DNA of 64,000 nucleotides from an uncultured Planctomycetota bacterium (GCA_963823665.1 CAWGMQ010000010.1:2176001-2240000); one strand, 5' to 3'. Positions 30,853-42,504 are shown, numbered from the stretch's first letter. Program-made: numbers and translations. The notes: a model not told the origin generated them from the sequence alone.

Positions 30853-32924
30853 CTATCGTGATCGATCGCACGATCGCCGCCAGAGCGATTCATAGGCGGT
30901 TTCCAGATTCTGCGTGAACGACCGGCCGTCGCACAGTCGCGAGCCTCGCATTTGCTCGCCGAGGCCCGCGCAACTGTGCGAGCCCGGCCCGGTCTGAAAC
31001 CAGCCTGGACGCAGCCTCGATGTATTGCTCGGGCGACCCGGCGATCATTTCCTCAAGACGCATCATCGCCAGCACGCTTGCCGTCATTCGCGACGAGCGG
31101 CGCAGGCCCGCGAGGGTCACGACCGGCACACCCATCCAGAGCGATTCACATGCCGTCGTGTGGCCGCACCACGGGAAGACGTCAAGCATGACGTCGATCG
31201 ACGCGAAGATGGCCCGGTGTTCCTCGGGCCTCCAGTCGTGCCGGATCTCGACACGTCCGGCGCCAACTCCGCGAGCCTCGAAGTACGCGAGAATCTCGTC
31301 CCGCCTGCACCCGCGCAAGCTGTCGCGGAAGAGCAGCAGGCGCGCACCAGGAATGGCCCGCAAGAGCGCCGCCCAGAGATCGAGAACGCCGGGGTTCAGT
31401 TTCGGCAGCTTGTGCAGCGATCCAAACGTGGGGGCATTGTCGCGCAGCATCGGCAGCGGCGCGACCTCGGGCGCGTCAGATGGAGGGGCATAGCAGTAGG
31501 AACCGCCAGGGAGCCGCAAAGGCTCCTCGGTGGCTTGAGCCGGCCCGCCCGGCGGATCCATCGTCGCGTCGGTCAACATCGCGTCGAAGGTCTCGAGCCC
31601 CGTCGTGCTTGGGTAACCGAGGTAGGTAACCTGCACCGGAATGGGCTTGCGAGCGAAGATCCGCAGCCGGTTGTGAGCCGTGTGACCCGCCAGATCAACC
31701 AGGATGTCGATCCGATCGTGCCGGATCAGCTCCTCCACTCGATCGTCGGAGAGGTGCCGGATCTCGCGCCATTCATGCGACAGCGAGCGCAGTCGGGCGG
31801 TCACGGCGTCCGGCGACTCCAACATCGGCATAACAGATCGGCAGAACCCGGCGGTGGTCGTGGTTTGCAAGGATCGGCTCGAAAAAGAACGCCACGGCGT
31901 GCTTGCGGAGATCGGGTGAAACATACCCGACGCGAAGCGGCCGGCCCCCTGACCGGTCGTGGCTTTCGTGCGACCGGGCGATCGCGCCGGCCGCGAGCGC
32001 CGCGGCCCCCCGCCGATGCTCCGCGAGCAACGTTGCGGGGTCGATCTTGTGTTCGTAATTCAGGAAGAACAGATAGTTGCTCTGGATCGTTTTCGAGCCC
32101 GGCCCCAGGCGCATCGCCTCGCGGTAACTGGCAAGTCCCTCGGCGATCCGCCCCTGCTTGGCGAGGAAATAGCCGTGATTTCCCCACAACTCGGCCGTGT
32201 CGGGAATCAAACGGATCGCTTCGCGAAAGCTCGACTCCGCCTCCTCGAGCTCTCCGCGACGCCCAATGAGGCAACCTCGCCCGCAAAGCGCCTCCTCGAG
32301 TCGAGGCTCAATCGCAAGCGCCCGGGTGTAGCAGGCCATGGCCTGATCGTTTTCGCCCATTTCCGCGAGGACGATCCCCAGGTTGGTGAAGGCCACGGCG
32401 AAGGCCGGCTGGAGGCGGATTGCCTCGCGAAGGCTGGCCGCGGCCTCGGCCCACCGACCCTGCGCATTCAAGGCAAGGCCCAGGTTGTTGTGGGCCTCGG
32501 CATAGTCGGGCCGGGCCTTGATGGTCTGCCGGAAGCACTCGATCGCTTCGTCCGCACGATCGACCTGCACCAGCGCGTTGCCCAGGTTGTTGCACGCCTC
32601 CACGTAGTCGGGCCGCAGGCGCACCGCCTCGCGATAGCTTGATACGGCGTCATCGAGGCGGCCCAAGCTCTTGAGGACAATTCCGAGGTTGTTGTAGGCT
32701 TCGACAAATCCCGGCTGCAGCTCGACGGCCCGCCGATGGGCCGCCGCGGCCTCTTCGAGCTTGCCCAGCTCCTGGCGCGCCCTTCCCAGCAGATACCATC
32801 CTTGGGCCCGGTCGGGGCCATGCGCCAGGGCATCTTCGCAGGCCCGCTCCGCCCCGGAGAAATCACGAGCAAGCAAAAGCCGCACCCCCGCGGCAAATGC
32901 CGCCTCGATCTCCGCCATGATCAT
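30853..32924 (-). CDS. TPR-repeat O-GlcNAc transferase-like (GT41/SPINDLY) protein; frameshifts near 31820 and 30965
   Basis: Multiple TPRs (EAYNNLGIVL), LRVGYVSPDLRKHAV, IDILVDLAGHT, YLGYPSTTG, LDVFPW..HTTACESLWMGVPVVT; a third frame supplies LCDGRSFTQNLETAYESLW* ending at 30853. Confidence 0.9.
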
Positions 32925-33103
32925 GCTCCGGAGCTGTGCTCGAACGTGGCTCGCGATTCCTGCCGCTGTTTTGTCCGCGCAATTGGGTTATTATTGAGCA
33001 TCCGGCTCGGCGAAAGAAGCCGGTTTTCCTTGTTCCCGCGCTCGGCGCAGAAACGAGGACCGGATAGGGGCACGCAGGATGTCGCAAAACGTGGGCCGCA
33101 CCC

Positions 33104-34415
33104 ATGCGCACCGTTCGCTTTCCAATCGCCGGACTCATGTGGGCCGTGGTGGTCGCGGCACTCGCCTTGGCGGCACTGCGGAACTCCTCGGACGTCTGGG
33201 CGGGCGCCACTTTCCTGGTCACTTGCGCCGTGCTCTGCCTGGCGATCGTCGGCATCGTCTGCCGTACGAATGAATCACGCGCGTGGTGGCTCGGCTTCGC
33301 ACTGTTCGGGTGGGGCTACCTGGCGCTGGCGTTCTGGTCGCCGCAAGCGCTGCCGACAACGCCCCTGCTCAGAGTGCTCGAAGCGCGTCTAGGCGCGACG
33401 CACGGGGTCGACGGCGGCCTGCGCAGCGTCATGCTGGCCGGAGGTTTCGGCGGTGCTTCCGGCGGCGGGCCGGACGAGCACTTTCAACAGATCGGCCACT
33501 GCCTCCTGGCCCTGCTGGCTGCTCTGCTGGGCGGAGTCATTTCGAGCATTCTGTTCGGCCGTCGAAGGGAACGCGACGAAAGCCGCGTTGACGGGCCACA
33601 GGCCCCGGCTCAAGCTCGCCGCGCAGTGGTGGCGCTGGCCGGCGGCGATCCTCGGTCTGTCCGCATTTGTGCTCATCGTGGTTCTCGGAGCCTTCGCCGC
33701 GAGATCGTCACCCGGATTCTGGGCCGGGGCCACGTTTTTCGCAACCTGCGGGCTGCTCGGCATCATCGTCCTGGGAGCCGTGAGCGCTCAGGGGAAGCGC
33801 CGCCAAGTCTGGATCGGGGCCGCACTTTTCGGTGTCGGCTACATGACCCTGGCGTTCGGCCGTTCCGCCGATTCGGACCCGCTGCTCGGTCTGCCGACCG
33901 ACCCGTTGCTGGCCTCCCTCCGCCGCTGGTTTCCGCCCATTGTCAGCGGTTACTCGACCTCTTCACCCAACGTCGATGCCGCGAACGCACGCATCGTTGA
34001 GGCGCTTGAGCAACCGGTCCCGGTGCACTTTGCGGACGAAACGTCACTGGAAGATGTGGTGAAATTCATCAAGTCCGCGACGCGGGGCTCCGCTGGCAAC
34101 GGCATTCCAATCTACGTCGACCCGCTCGGGCTTACTTATGCCGATAAGACCATGTTGTCCGGGGTCCGCGCCATTGACCTGGAAGGTGTCCCGCTCAGGA
34201 CAAGCTTGCAGCTCTGCCTCGAACAGCTCGATCTCAAGTACGCCGTCCGGGACGGTCTGCTTCGGATCACCTCGTCGGATAGCGAGTTGCATCATCCATT
34301 CTATCATGATTCCTTCATGATCGTCGGACATTGCCTGCTTGCCTTGCTCTCGGCCGGGCTCGGTGCCATGGTGGCCCCGCTCGTGCCGGGCAAGCACCGT
34401 GAGATGGCAACGTGA
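33104..34415 (+). CDS. Membrane protein with an internally duplicated TM module and an STN-like domain; frameshift near 33610
   Basis: Two similar modules (WLGFALFGWGYLALAF / WIGAALFGVGYMTLAF; IGHCLLALL / VGHCLLALL); LEQPVPVHF...LEGVPLRTSLQLCLEQLDLKYAVRDGLLRITS. Confidence 0.7.
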
Positions 34416-34489
34416 GTTATCCAAGGCGAGGCCGCACAAGCACGGCTCGGTTCCAGGCCAGTGCCGACCGGTCGGTTAGCTCATTCGCG

Positions 34490-35413
34490 TCACTTCTTCT
34501 CACCCGACTTGGGATCGTCATCCTTCCTGAGCTTCAACATCGCGGTCGTTTCGCGGTCCTCGGTAATCTGCCGGCCGCTGACTGTCACCGTCGTCGACAA
34601 TTTCTGAAACATGTCCGATTCCCTCAGGATGCCGACCGAGTTGGCAAAGCGGTAGTGCCCCCTCGAATCCTGCGACGTCACCTTGTATTCCACCGGCAGG
34701 CCCTTGGTGGGCTCGATTTGCACCTTCACATCGATCCCGACATTCTCGATCGGGCCTGCTGGCGCCTCGAGCTTGTACGTGATGTCCATGACCATTGTTC
34801 CGTAGTTCACCGGCAGCTCGCGGGCCCCTTGCCATGAGTCGCCTTGCTCGATCGCCGTCTTCGGAAAAGGCACAAAGATCTGTGCGGCCAAGTCTTTAAG
34901 GCTCTGTTCGCTCCCGAGCATGACCCCGGACGGACCTGCGTCCTTTATGGCCTGCACGATGTTCCCTGGGATCGCAAAGTCGTGGATCTCTCCCAGCGGT
35001 GTGATCGTCATCGTGATCGAAGTTCCGGCAACCGTCCTGAACAGGTTTGCCATCGCCGCTGGTAGGTTCGACGGATCTTGGCCGTTCGCAGTATCCATCG
35101 TTCCCACACGGTCGGGCGGCGACAACGACTCGAACCGAAACCGGTCGATTGTCTGCACCATTCGCGCATTGCCATCCTTGTCGACGCTTTTGACTTCCCA
35201 CGTCATTTCCGCTGTTTGCCTGAAGCTCTGCTCACGCTTCTTACCCATCATCTCGACCGTCGTCGACGTCGTCTGAGTCAAAACGTAACCGAGCTTCTGG
35301 CCCGCCCGAAAATTCAAACGGAGCGTCTTGTCGACACTCGCCAATGCCGCCACAGCCCCGAGCATCGCGATCGTCAGAAACGCAAGGCATACGCCGAACC
35401 CTGACCTCTTCAT
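34490..35413 (-). CDS. Secreted beta-rich protein, DUF6263-like
   Basis: Signal peptide, LRLNFRAGQKLGY, MTITPLGEI, FPKTAIEQGDSW and YRFANSVGIL. Confidence 0.7.
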   Translation of the reverse strand: MKRSGFGVCLAFLTIAMLGAVAALASVDKTLRLNFRAGQKLGYVLTQTTSTTVEMMGKKREQSFRQTAEMTWEVKSVDKDGNARMVQTIDRFRFESLSPPDRVGTMDTANGQDPSNLPAAMANLFRTVAGTSITMTITPLGEIHDFAIPGNIVQAIKDAGPSGVMLGSEQSLKDLAAQIFVPFPKTAIEQGDSWQGARELPVNYGTMVMDITYKLEAPAGPIENVGIDVKVQIEPTKGLPVEYKVTSQDSRGHYRFANSVGILRESDMFQKLSTTVTVSGRQITEDRETTAMLKLRKDDDPKSGEKK

Positions 35414-36054
35414 CGCACCCCCCCGTTAGCGACCCATTCGCTGGTTGCGACCGCAACGCAAATTGAGACCCCGAGGAAATCATCGCGACTTTTCCCCGGA
35501 CTCTTCTCACTCTAATCGGCTATTCGTGATTCCGGAAGTGCGAGGCTGGCCCGGTGAAACGTTGGTCTTGGCGGGTCAAAGCGTTCATCCCGGTCTCGAA
35601 GCGAGAGAGTGTCTTCTCCGTCGCGCCCCGTCGGGGAAGAAGAGCATCCGAGGCCACGCGCCAGACATCGGGACAAGCATCTCCTTCTTCTTTGTTGCCT
35701 TCGTTACCTTTTGTTCAATGACTTATGGAATCGCGGGTCGAACTCGCATCGATTCGGACGGGCCCGTCGAAGAGACATTGGTCTTATCGCGTTCCGGAAT
35801 CGCTGTCCATCACATGACTCGGTTGTCTGGCGGTTACACGCTGGTGAGGCACGGTTTCCTCGCTGCGCCCCGCCCCGGGGACTCGGGACGAAGGTGCCCG
35901 GCGTCTCGCGATCCGAAAGGATGGAATAATTCCCGAGGCGTCGAGAATTCTCCGCCACTTCAGCCTCCTTCGGTCACTATAATCGAGCGTTGTGTTGACG
36001 CCAATGTCGGAGAAGATTACCACTGCCTCAACCGAATTTCGTGGGACTCCGCGA

Positions 36055-36885
36055 ATGGCTCGGAATCTTTTGATCGCAGGCGCGATTTTGCTCACATCGG
36101 GCTGCGGCGGGTCGCAGCCGTTGCCAGGGCCACGCGCGGGACCACCGGACCACGCGACCGATGCCCGGTCGCCCGCCACTGTGGGCAAAGACAAGCAGAA
36201 CTCCGCCGAACCCAAAGCGAGCTCTGCCACTCCCAAAATCCAGTCAGCCGATGTGAAACCGCAAGCCGGATCGACTCGAATCGACGCCATCGGCCCCCGC
36301 GCTGCTCCGGTCGACCTCAACCAGGACAAGCCCACGTTCTACCCGGTTCTCCGAAACTTCAAGGATGGGGATTTCTTCACTCAGAAAGTCGTGTACATCC
36401 AGGTCGCCCCCGGACTCGGAGTTTTTGCGTGCCGCAGGATCAATAGCCCGGATGGAAGAACACGGATCGACTATGTTATGAAGAATCAACTCGCGGGCTA
36501 CGGCCTCGACACGTCGAAGTTAATCGAGCTGTGTTACGAGAATTTCTTCAAAGCAAAGATCGAGGTCAAGACACTCGAGCAGGGTGACGACGTGATGTTG
36601 AGTTTCTCGAGCGCCGGGCGATTAGTGGCCGCCATCGTGGGTCACTCCTCGACACTTGAGAACCTTTCGAAAATGCTCGACTCGGAGTCGATCGCCATCT
36701 TGATCGACAGCCCGGACATCCTGCTGGCAACGATCCCGGGAAACAGCTTCGAGACGAAATTCTACGAAATCGCCAAGAAGAGTCGGCACAAGAACGACGC
36801 TCTTAATCTCGACCCGGCGGTGTACCATTGGACGAAGAGAGACGGCTTGAAAGCAGTTTCGCAAGCGAGAGAAACACGAAATTGA
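36055..36885 (+). CDS. Hypothetical lipoprotein
   Basis: MARNLLIAGAILLTSGC lipobox, Pro/Ala linker, then a globular domain. Confidence 0.7.
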   Translation: MARNLLIAGAILLTSGCGGSQPLPGPRAGPPDHATDARSPATVGKDKQNSAEPKASSATPKIQSADVKPQAGSTRIDAIGPRAAPVDLNQDKPTFYPVLRNFKDGDFFTQKVVYIQVAPGLGVFACRRINSPDGRTRIDYVMKNQLAGYGLDTSKLIELCYENFFKAKIEVKTLEQGDDVMLSFSSAGRLVAAIVGHSSTLENLSKMLDSESIAILIDSPDILLATIPGNSFETKFYEIAKKSRHKNDALNLDPAVYHWTKRDGLKAVSQARETRN

Positions 36886-36967
36886 GAGCAAGCGATCAGA
36901 CATCAACCATGAAAGGCCCCGCTGCGCGAGTCACCGCCCGGCAAGCACACACCGGAGGTCTTTTCGC

Positions 36968-38128
36968 TTGATCGACCCTCGCTTGATCCTGGGTACCGCC
37001 GCGGCCGGGATGTCTCTCCTGGTGGCCGTGCTGTTCGTGGCCGCCCTCAAACGCTGGACTTGGCACTCACAGCCACGGTCCAGCGCCTCGTCGCGCGCGG
37101 TCAAGGTCTCGGTCATCATGCCCGCTCGCAATGAAGCGGCGGATATCGGACGCTCGATCGAGTCGCTGCTCGCTCAGCAAGACGTTGACTTGGAGTTGAT
37201 CGTCGTGAACGACCACTCCACCGATCGGACCGGCGAAATTGCCGAGGCAGCCGCGCGAGCGGATGGCCGCGTCCGGGTCATTCACAACCCCGAGCTGCCC
37301 CCGGGCTGGCTGGGAAAATGCAACGCCATGCAGCAGGCTGCCGCGCTCGCCGGCGGCGATCTCCTTCTCTTCACCGACGCCGATATCATCCACGAGCCGC
37401 GTGCTCTGGCAACCGGCTTGGTTGAGCTCGAGAACCGAGGTCTTGACTTCTTGAGCCTGTTTCCGCGCATGGACACAATCTCGCTCTGGGAAAACATCGT
37501 CGTGCCCACATTCATTGGCGGGCTGGCGTTGCTCGCCACGCCGGGCATCGAGGATCCAAAATCGGGCGAGGCGCTCGGCGCCGGCGCATTCCTCCTGATC
37601 CGCGCCCCGGTCTTTCGGGCCATCGGCGGCTTCGAGCCGGTCCGTGGCGAGATGGCCGACGACCTGGAGCTCACACGATTGGTCAAGTCAAAGGGCTACC
37701 GGGTCGGATTTCGCTTCGCGCCCGAGTTCCTCCACGTGCGAATCTACAAGGGCGACCGTCACGCATTCTGGGCGATGACCAAGAACGTTCTCATTGGCAT
37801 TCAGGGTCGATTGTGGCTCGCGCCCGCCGTCATGATCCTGCCGATCTTCGGCTTCTGGACGCCTCTTTATTGCGCAATTGCCGGATTGATCGAGGCCGAT
37901 GCGCGGCTGACCCTGGTCGGAGCAGCCGGTTATCTCATTCCCTATGCATCCATGTGGTCCAGCCGCCGGCTCTTTCCGTTCCATCCGCTCAAGGCCCTCC
38001 TCTACCCGCTGGTCGCCATTCCGGTGATCTGTTGCATGGCCCGTGCTCTCTTCCTGTATCTGGTTCGAGGCGAGGTGGCCTGGCGCGGCCGCTCGATCCG
38101 CGTGCGCGACAGCCTCCAGACGAAGTAG
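36968..38128 (+). CDS. Glycosyltransferase family 2 (HpnB/CrtQ-like)
   Basis: VSVIMPARNE, VNDHSTDRT, PPGWLGKCNAM, FTDAD and C-terminal VAWRGR. Confidence 0.92.
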   Translation: MIDPRLILGTAAAGMSLLVAVLFVAALKRWTWHSQPRSSASSRAVKVSVIMPARNEAADIGRSIESLLAQQDVDLELIVVNDHSTDRTGEIAEAAARADGRVRVIHNPELPPGWLGKCNAMQQAAALAGGDLLLFTDADIIHEPRALATGLVELENRGLDFLSLFPRMDTISLWENIVVPTFIGGLALLATPGIEDPKSGEALGAGAFLLIRAPVFRAIGGFEPVRGEMADDLELTRLVKSKGYRVGFRFAPEFLHVRIYKGDRHAFWAMTKNVLIGIQGRLWLAPAVMILPIFGFWTPLYCAIAGLIEADARLTLVGAAGYLIPYASMWSSRRLFPFHPLKALLYPLVAIPVICCMARALFLYLVRGEVAWRGRSIRVRDSLQTK

Positions 38129-38158
38129 TCTCTTTTTCGGTTTTTCGCTGTCGCACTC

Positions 38159-41100
38159 TTGGTTCTTGTTTCGATTCCCGCGCGTCGTTACGCTCACCCG
38201 ATGGCACACTCCTGTAAGTCTGCGTTCGTTACCGAAGGTCGCAGCCGCTGGCGCTCGCGAACTTTGTTTTCCAGCATCGGCCGCCACATCCGCTTGTTCC
38301 TCGTCTTCGGGCTGCTCAATGCCTTCTTCGTGGTAGGCCCCGCCATAGCGCAGGGCGGCGCCCGAAATCAGGTCGATAAGCCCTCGCCGTCGCGGCCGCT
38401 CGAATCGTGGGCCGACCCAATTTTGAAAGTCACTCGAGGGCTCGTGCTCTGGCTCGACGCCGGGCGGTTGAATGCCGCCCGCAAGTGGTACGGCCGTGCC
38501 GATGTGGCTGACGGCAGCCGCGTCAACACCTGGTACGACAGCTCAGGCAACGGCCGCCATCTCGCTCAGATTCATCCGGAAGCGCAGCCGCTCTATCTGG
38601 CAGGTGCACTAAGATTCAATGGCACGTCGACGTTTCTGGAGCGAGCGGGCGCGGCGGCCAGGCTCGAGGATTTCACGCTCTTCATTGTCGCAGCCCCCTT
38701 CTCGAACGCCGGTGGCTACCGCGGCTTTCTCGCTACGCACGAACAGGGAGAGGTCGATTTCACAAGCGGCGTGACAGTCGACATGGGTGCAGCCTTCACC
38801 ATGAAATTCGAGTCACTGAACGTCGAGGGCGAGGGATTCGGGGGAGAACGAAGCCTGCTAGCCGATCCGTCCAGTTTCGGCGTCGTGCGCCAGATGGTCG
38901 TCACGTCATCGGCCCGTCTGCGCGCGACCAAGCTCGACATGGACGGCAAACCGGCCCGGGCGCGCGACCGCATGGCATCGATCCTCGACGTCGACCGCAT
39001 CGTCGTCGGCGCGCGTTACTTCGGCCCTCGTCCTGCGATTCAAGGCTTCCTCGACGGTGACATCCTGCAAATTCTGGTCTACGACCGCGTGCTCGATTAT
39101 GCCGAGCGGAAGCAGGTCGAGAGCTACCTCGCCGCGCGCACCGGCGGGAGCGGCCCGATCACGCGTCCGCTTCCATCAAAACCCGGCAAGCCGCTGGTCT
39201 CCGTCGCCAACCCGCCGCCGGTCCAGATGCTCGTTCTCGGTTTCGTCGCCCGCCAATTGCCCGTCGATCTGACGAACATCAACAACGTCAAGTATCGCGC
39301 CGACGGCAAGCTCGTCGCCCTTTCCTATTCGGGTGACATCAACCTTCTCTCCGATGCCGACGGCGACGGCCTCGAGGAAACAATCGATCGCTTCTGGAAG
39401 AACAAGGGAAGCCTGGTCGCACCCATCGGCATGGCGCTCTCCCCCAAGGGCAGCCGATATGGTGAGGGCGTCTTCATCGCATCAAAGGGGAAGGTATCGC
39501 TCATCGTCGATCCCGACGGCGACGGCAAGGCTAACGCGGAGATCAGCGTCGCGCAGGGCTGGAAGGAACTGCCGCACGGAGTCGATGCACTGGGCGTGGC
39601 GCTCGACGAAGCCGGTAACGTCTACTTCGGTCTGGGCACACCTGACTTCACCAATGCGTATGAGATCGACAGTTCCGGCCGGCCCAATTACAACCTCAAG
39701 AACGAGCACGGCACGATCCAGCGAGTCTCACTTGATTTCAGCAAGCGCGAGATCATCGCTACGGGTATTCGTTTTCCCGTCGCCCTCGCGTTCAATCGCC
39801 AGGGCGACCTTTTCGCGACCGACCAGGAAGGCGCAACCTGGCTCGCCAATGGCAACCCGTTCGACGAGCTCCTGCACATCCAGCCCGGCCGCCACTACGG
39901 CTTCCCGCCTCGCCACCCCAAACACCTTCCGTCGGTGATCGACGAGCCAAGTGTTTTTGATTACGGGCCGCAGCACCAGTCGACGTGCGGCCTGAATTTC
40001 GACGAGCCGGTGAACGGCGGCCCGATCTTCGGCCCGCCCCAGTGGGCCGGGGATGCGCTCGTCACCGGCTACTCGCGCGGCAAACTCTTCCGCACGAAGC
40101 TCGTCAAGACGCCGAGCGGATACGTCGCCCAGAACCAGCTTCTGGCCGTGCTCAACATGCTCGCAGCGGATGCCTGCGTCTCGCCGCACGGAGACCTGAT
40201 CGTCGCCGTTCACAGCGGCTTCCCCGACTGGGGCAGCGGCCCCAAGGGTAAGGGCAAGCTCTACAAGATCGAATACCGCGACCACGACGTGCCTCAACCC
40301 GTGCTCGCGTGGGCCCAGGGCCCGCAGGAGGCACGCATCGCCTTCGACCGCCCGCTCGATCCGAGACGATTGACCGACCTGACTCGCTCGATCTCCATTG
40401 AATACGGCGCGAGCGTGCGCCCCGGCGATCGGTTCGAATCGCTGCGGCCCGGCTACGAGGTCGTGGCCCGGCAGTTGGCCTCACCCCGATCCGAGCTGCC
40501 GGTCCTCTCGGCCCAGATTTCCGGCGACCTGCGCACCCTCTTGCTCACCACTACGCCGCACCCGGAGGCAACGTCTTACGCGATCACCCTGCCGGGTCTG
40601 GCGTCCCCGAATTCGCCAAAAGCCCGGCCGCGCGACCTGCCGCAAGTCGCTGGCGTCGAGCTCGGCTACGATCTCTATGGCGTTCTGGCAACGTGGCATC
40701 CCGCATCGGGCGGCCAGAACTGGACCGGCTGGTTGCCGCACCTGAACCTCGCCGTCGCCAGAGCCTTCACGGCCGGGAGTGCGGAACACGACCGTCTCTG
40801 GGACGCGATCAAGCTCCCCGGCCGCCTGACGTTGGTCACCAACCTCGATCTCTGGCACATGCTGCGCCCGGCAACTCAGCCCGGCTCGACGATCGACTAC
40901 TCCCTGCCGCAAGAAGTTGTGTCGCTGGAATTTTCAACCACCAGCCCGCTCGTCGTGAGCGTGCCATCCGGCATGGTGACCCCGGCGGGCCGTCACCGCT
41001 TTCGGGTGACCGTCAAGCCGAAGGAGCGGCAGCCGGCCCGGATCGAGATGTCCCTCGAAACATCCGGCCACCCGGCGCTCGAGGTGTCGTATACAACCCA

Positions 41101-42412
41101 GGAAGACAATCGCCCGCGAGCGCTGCCGCTCAGGAGGTTCGTGCTGCCCTGGGCCAGTGTCGAAAAGCAGACGGACGCAACGCCCGAGCGTGACCTCGCC
41201 GAGTTGAAGGATGGCGACTGGGGTCGAGGACGCAGCCTGTTCTACGGCGAGCAATCGAAGTGCTCATCGTGCCACAAAGTCCGCGGCCGCGGCGGCGAGA
41301 TCGGTCCGGACCTCTCCAACTTGGTGCACCGCGACTATGCGTCGGTGTTCCGCGACATCCACACGCCCGCCGCGGCCATCAATCCCGATTTTATCGCCCA
41401 CACGGTGGCGCTCGCTGACGGGCGAGTCTTGAGCGGCACGATTCGCACCGACGGCACGCGCATGATCGTCGGTGACACCACGGGCCGCACGACGATCTTC
41501 GACCGCGCCGCCGTCGAGTCGACGTCACCCTCCTCCGTCTCGATCATGCCCGAAGGCCTGGACACCGCGCTCGGCCCGGAACGGCTGCGAGACTTGCTCA
41601 CCTTCCTGTTGACTGACCCGCTTGTTCCGGCAGCGCTCGAACACGACGGCCCCCCTCCACCGCGCCGCCGAGCAGAGCTTGAGGCAGTCCTCAAAGGCAG
41701 CGTGCCGGTCGAGAATCCCAAGCGCCTTCGAGTCGTCCTCGCCGCCGGCCCGAAGGACCACGGACCGGGAGAGCACGATTATCCCCTCTGGCTCAAGCGT
41801 TGGAGCGCACTGCTGGCGACAGACCAATCCCTGAGCATCGAAACCGCGAACGGCTGGCCTTCCCCAAAGCAGCTCGAAGAGGCCGACGTGATCGCCTTCT
41901 ACTCGAACAACCCCGGCTGGGACGCCGCCAAGGCGGCCGCGCTCGATCGATTCTTCGCGCGCGGTGGCGGCGTAGTCCTGATCCACTACGCGGTCGACGG
42001 CCACGAGGCCGTGAACGAGCTCGCCGACCGCATCGGCCTGGCATGGCAACGCGGAAAGTCGGCATTCCGCCACGGACCGCTTGAGATCGATTTCTCAAAA
42101 TCCAAGCACCCGATCACGCGAGGGTTCGAGAAACTCAGGCTCCTCGACGAGAGCTACTTGAACTTGGTCGGCGACGCCGCGTCCGTCGATTTGATCGGAA
42201 CGGGCGTCGAAGACGGCCAGCCGCGTCCGCTCTTCTGGTCTCGCCAAGCAGGCGCCGGACGCGTGTTCGTGAGCATCCCGGGCCATTTCACGTGGACGTT
42301 CGACGACCCGCTGTTCCGCATCCTGATCCTCCGCGGCATCGCCTGGACCGCAAAGGAACCAGTCGACCGCTTCAACGAGCTGGCGACACTGGGAGCCAGG
42401 ATGACCGAGTGA
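38159..42412 (+). CDS. PVC-type heme-binding multidomain protein (LamG-like, sorbosone-dehydrogenase-like propeller, cytochrome c, ThuA-like)
   Basis: LVLWLDA/WYDSSGNGRH; ATGIRFPVALAFN, DQEG, HYGFP; CSSCH..GGEIGPDLS...SIMPEGL; GPKDHGPGEHDY...GRVFVSIPGH. Confidence 0.9.
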   Translation: MVLVSIPARRYAHPMAHSCKSAFVTEGRSRWRSRTLFSSIGRHIRLFLVFGLLNAFFVVGPAIAQGGARNQVDKPSPSRPLESWADPILKVTRGLVLWLDAGRLNAARKWYGRADVADGSRVNTWYDSSGNGRHLAQIHPEAQPLYLAGALRFNGTSTFLERAGAAARLEDFTLFIVAAPFSNAGGYRGFLATHEQGEVDFTSGVTVDMGAAFTMKFESLNVEGEGFGGERSLLADPSSFGVVRQMVVTSSARLRATKLDMDGKPARARDRMASILDVDRIVVGARYFGPRPAIQGFLDGDILQILVYDRVLDYAERKQVESYLAARTGGSGPITRPLPSKPGKPLVSVANPPPVQMLVLGFVARQLPVDLTNINNVKYRADGKLVALSYSGDINLLSDADGDGLEETIDRFWKNKGSLVAPIGMALSPKGSRYGEGVFIASKGKVSLIVDPDGDGKANAEISVAQGWKELPHGVDALGVALDEAGNVYFGLGTPDFTNAYEIDSSGRPNYNLKNEHGTIQRVSLDFSKREIIATGIRFPVALAFNRQGDLFATDQEGATWLANGNPFDELLHIQPGRHYGFPPRHPKHLPSVIDEPSVFDYGPQHQSTCGLNFDEPVNGGPIFGPPQWAGDALVTGYSRGKLFRTKLVKTPSGYVAQNQLLAVLNMLAADACVSPHGDLIVAVHSGFPDWGSGPKGKGKLYKIEYRDHDVPQPVLAWAQGPQEARIAFDRPLDPRRLTDLTRSISIEYGASVRPGDRFESLRPGYEVVARQLASPRSELPVLSAQISGDLRTLLLTTTPHPEATSYAITLPGLASPNSPKARPRDLPQVAGVELGYDLYGVLATWHPASGGQNWTGWLPHLNLAVARAFTAGSAEHDRLWDAIKLPGRLTLVTNLDLWHMLRPATQPGSTIDYSLPQEVVSLEFSTTSPLVVSVPSGMVTPAGRHRFRVTVKPKERQPARIEMSLETSGHPALEVSYTTQEDNRPRALPLRRFVLPWASVEKQTDATPERDLAELKDGDWGRGRSLFYGEQSKCSSCHKVRGRGGEIGPDLSNLVHRDYASVFRDIHTPAAAINPDFIAHTVALADGRVLSGTIRTDGTRMIVGDTTGRTTIFDRAAVESTSPSSVSIMPEGLDTALGPERLRDLLTFLLTDPLVPAALEHDGPPPPRRRAELEAVLKGSVPVENPKRLRVVLAAGPKDHGPGEHDYPLWLKRWSALLATDQSLSIETANGWPSPKQLEEADVIAFYSNNPGWDAAKAAALDRFFARGGGVVLIHYAVDGHEAVNELADRIGLAWQRGKSAFRHGPLEIDFSKSKHPITRGFEKLRLLDESYLNLVGDAASVDLIGTGVEDGQPRPLFWSRQAGAGRVFVSIPGHFTWTFDDPLFRILILRGIAWTAKEPVDRFNELATLGARMTE

Positions 42413-42504
42413 TTTCTACCCGCGCTGTCCCGAGCGTGTCCCCGAGTTCATCGTGCGACACGATCCGCTAACCGTTGAGGAATCCGAGGCGACGACTTGA
42501 CGCT

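Noticed and set aside
35445..36446. 333-aa ORF and other long Arg-rich overlapping ORFs in the track
   Set aside because: Shadow frames typical of high-GC DNA, with no motifs and overlapping better-supported genes.
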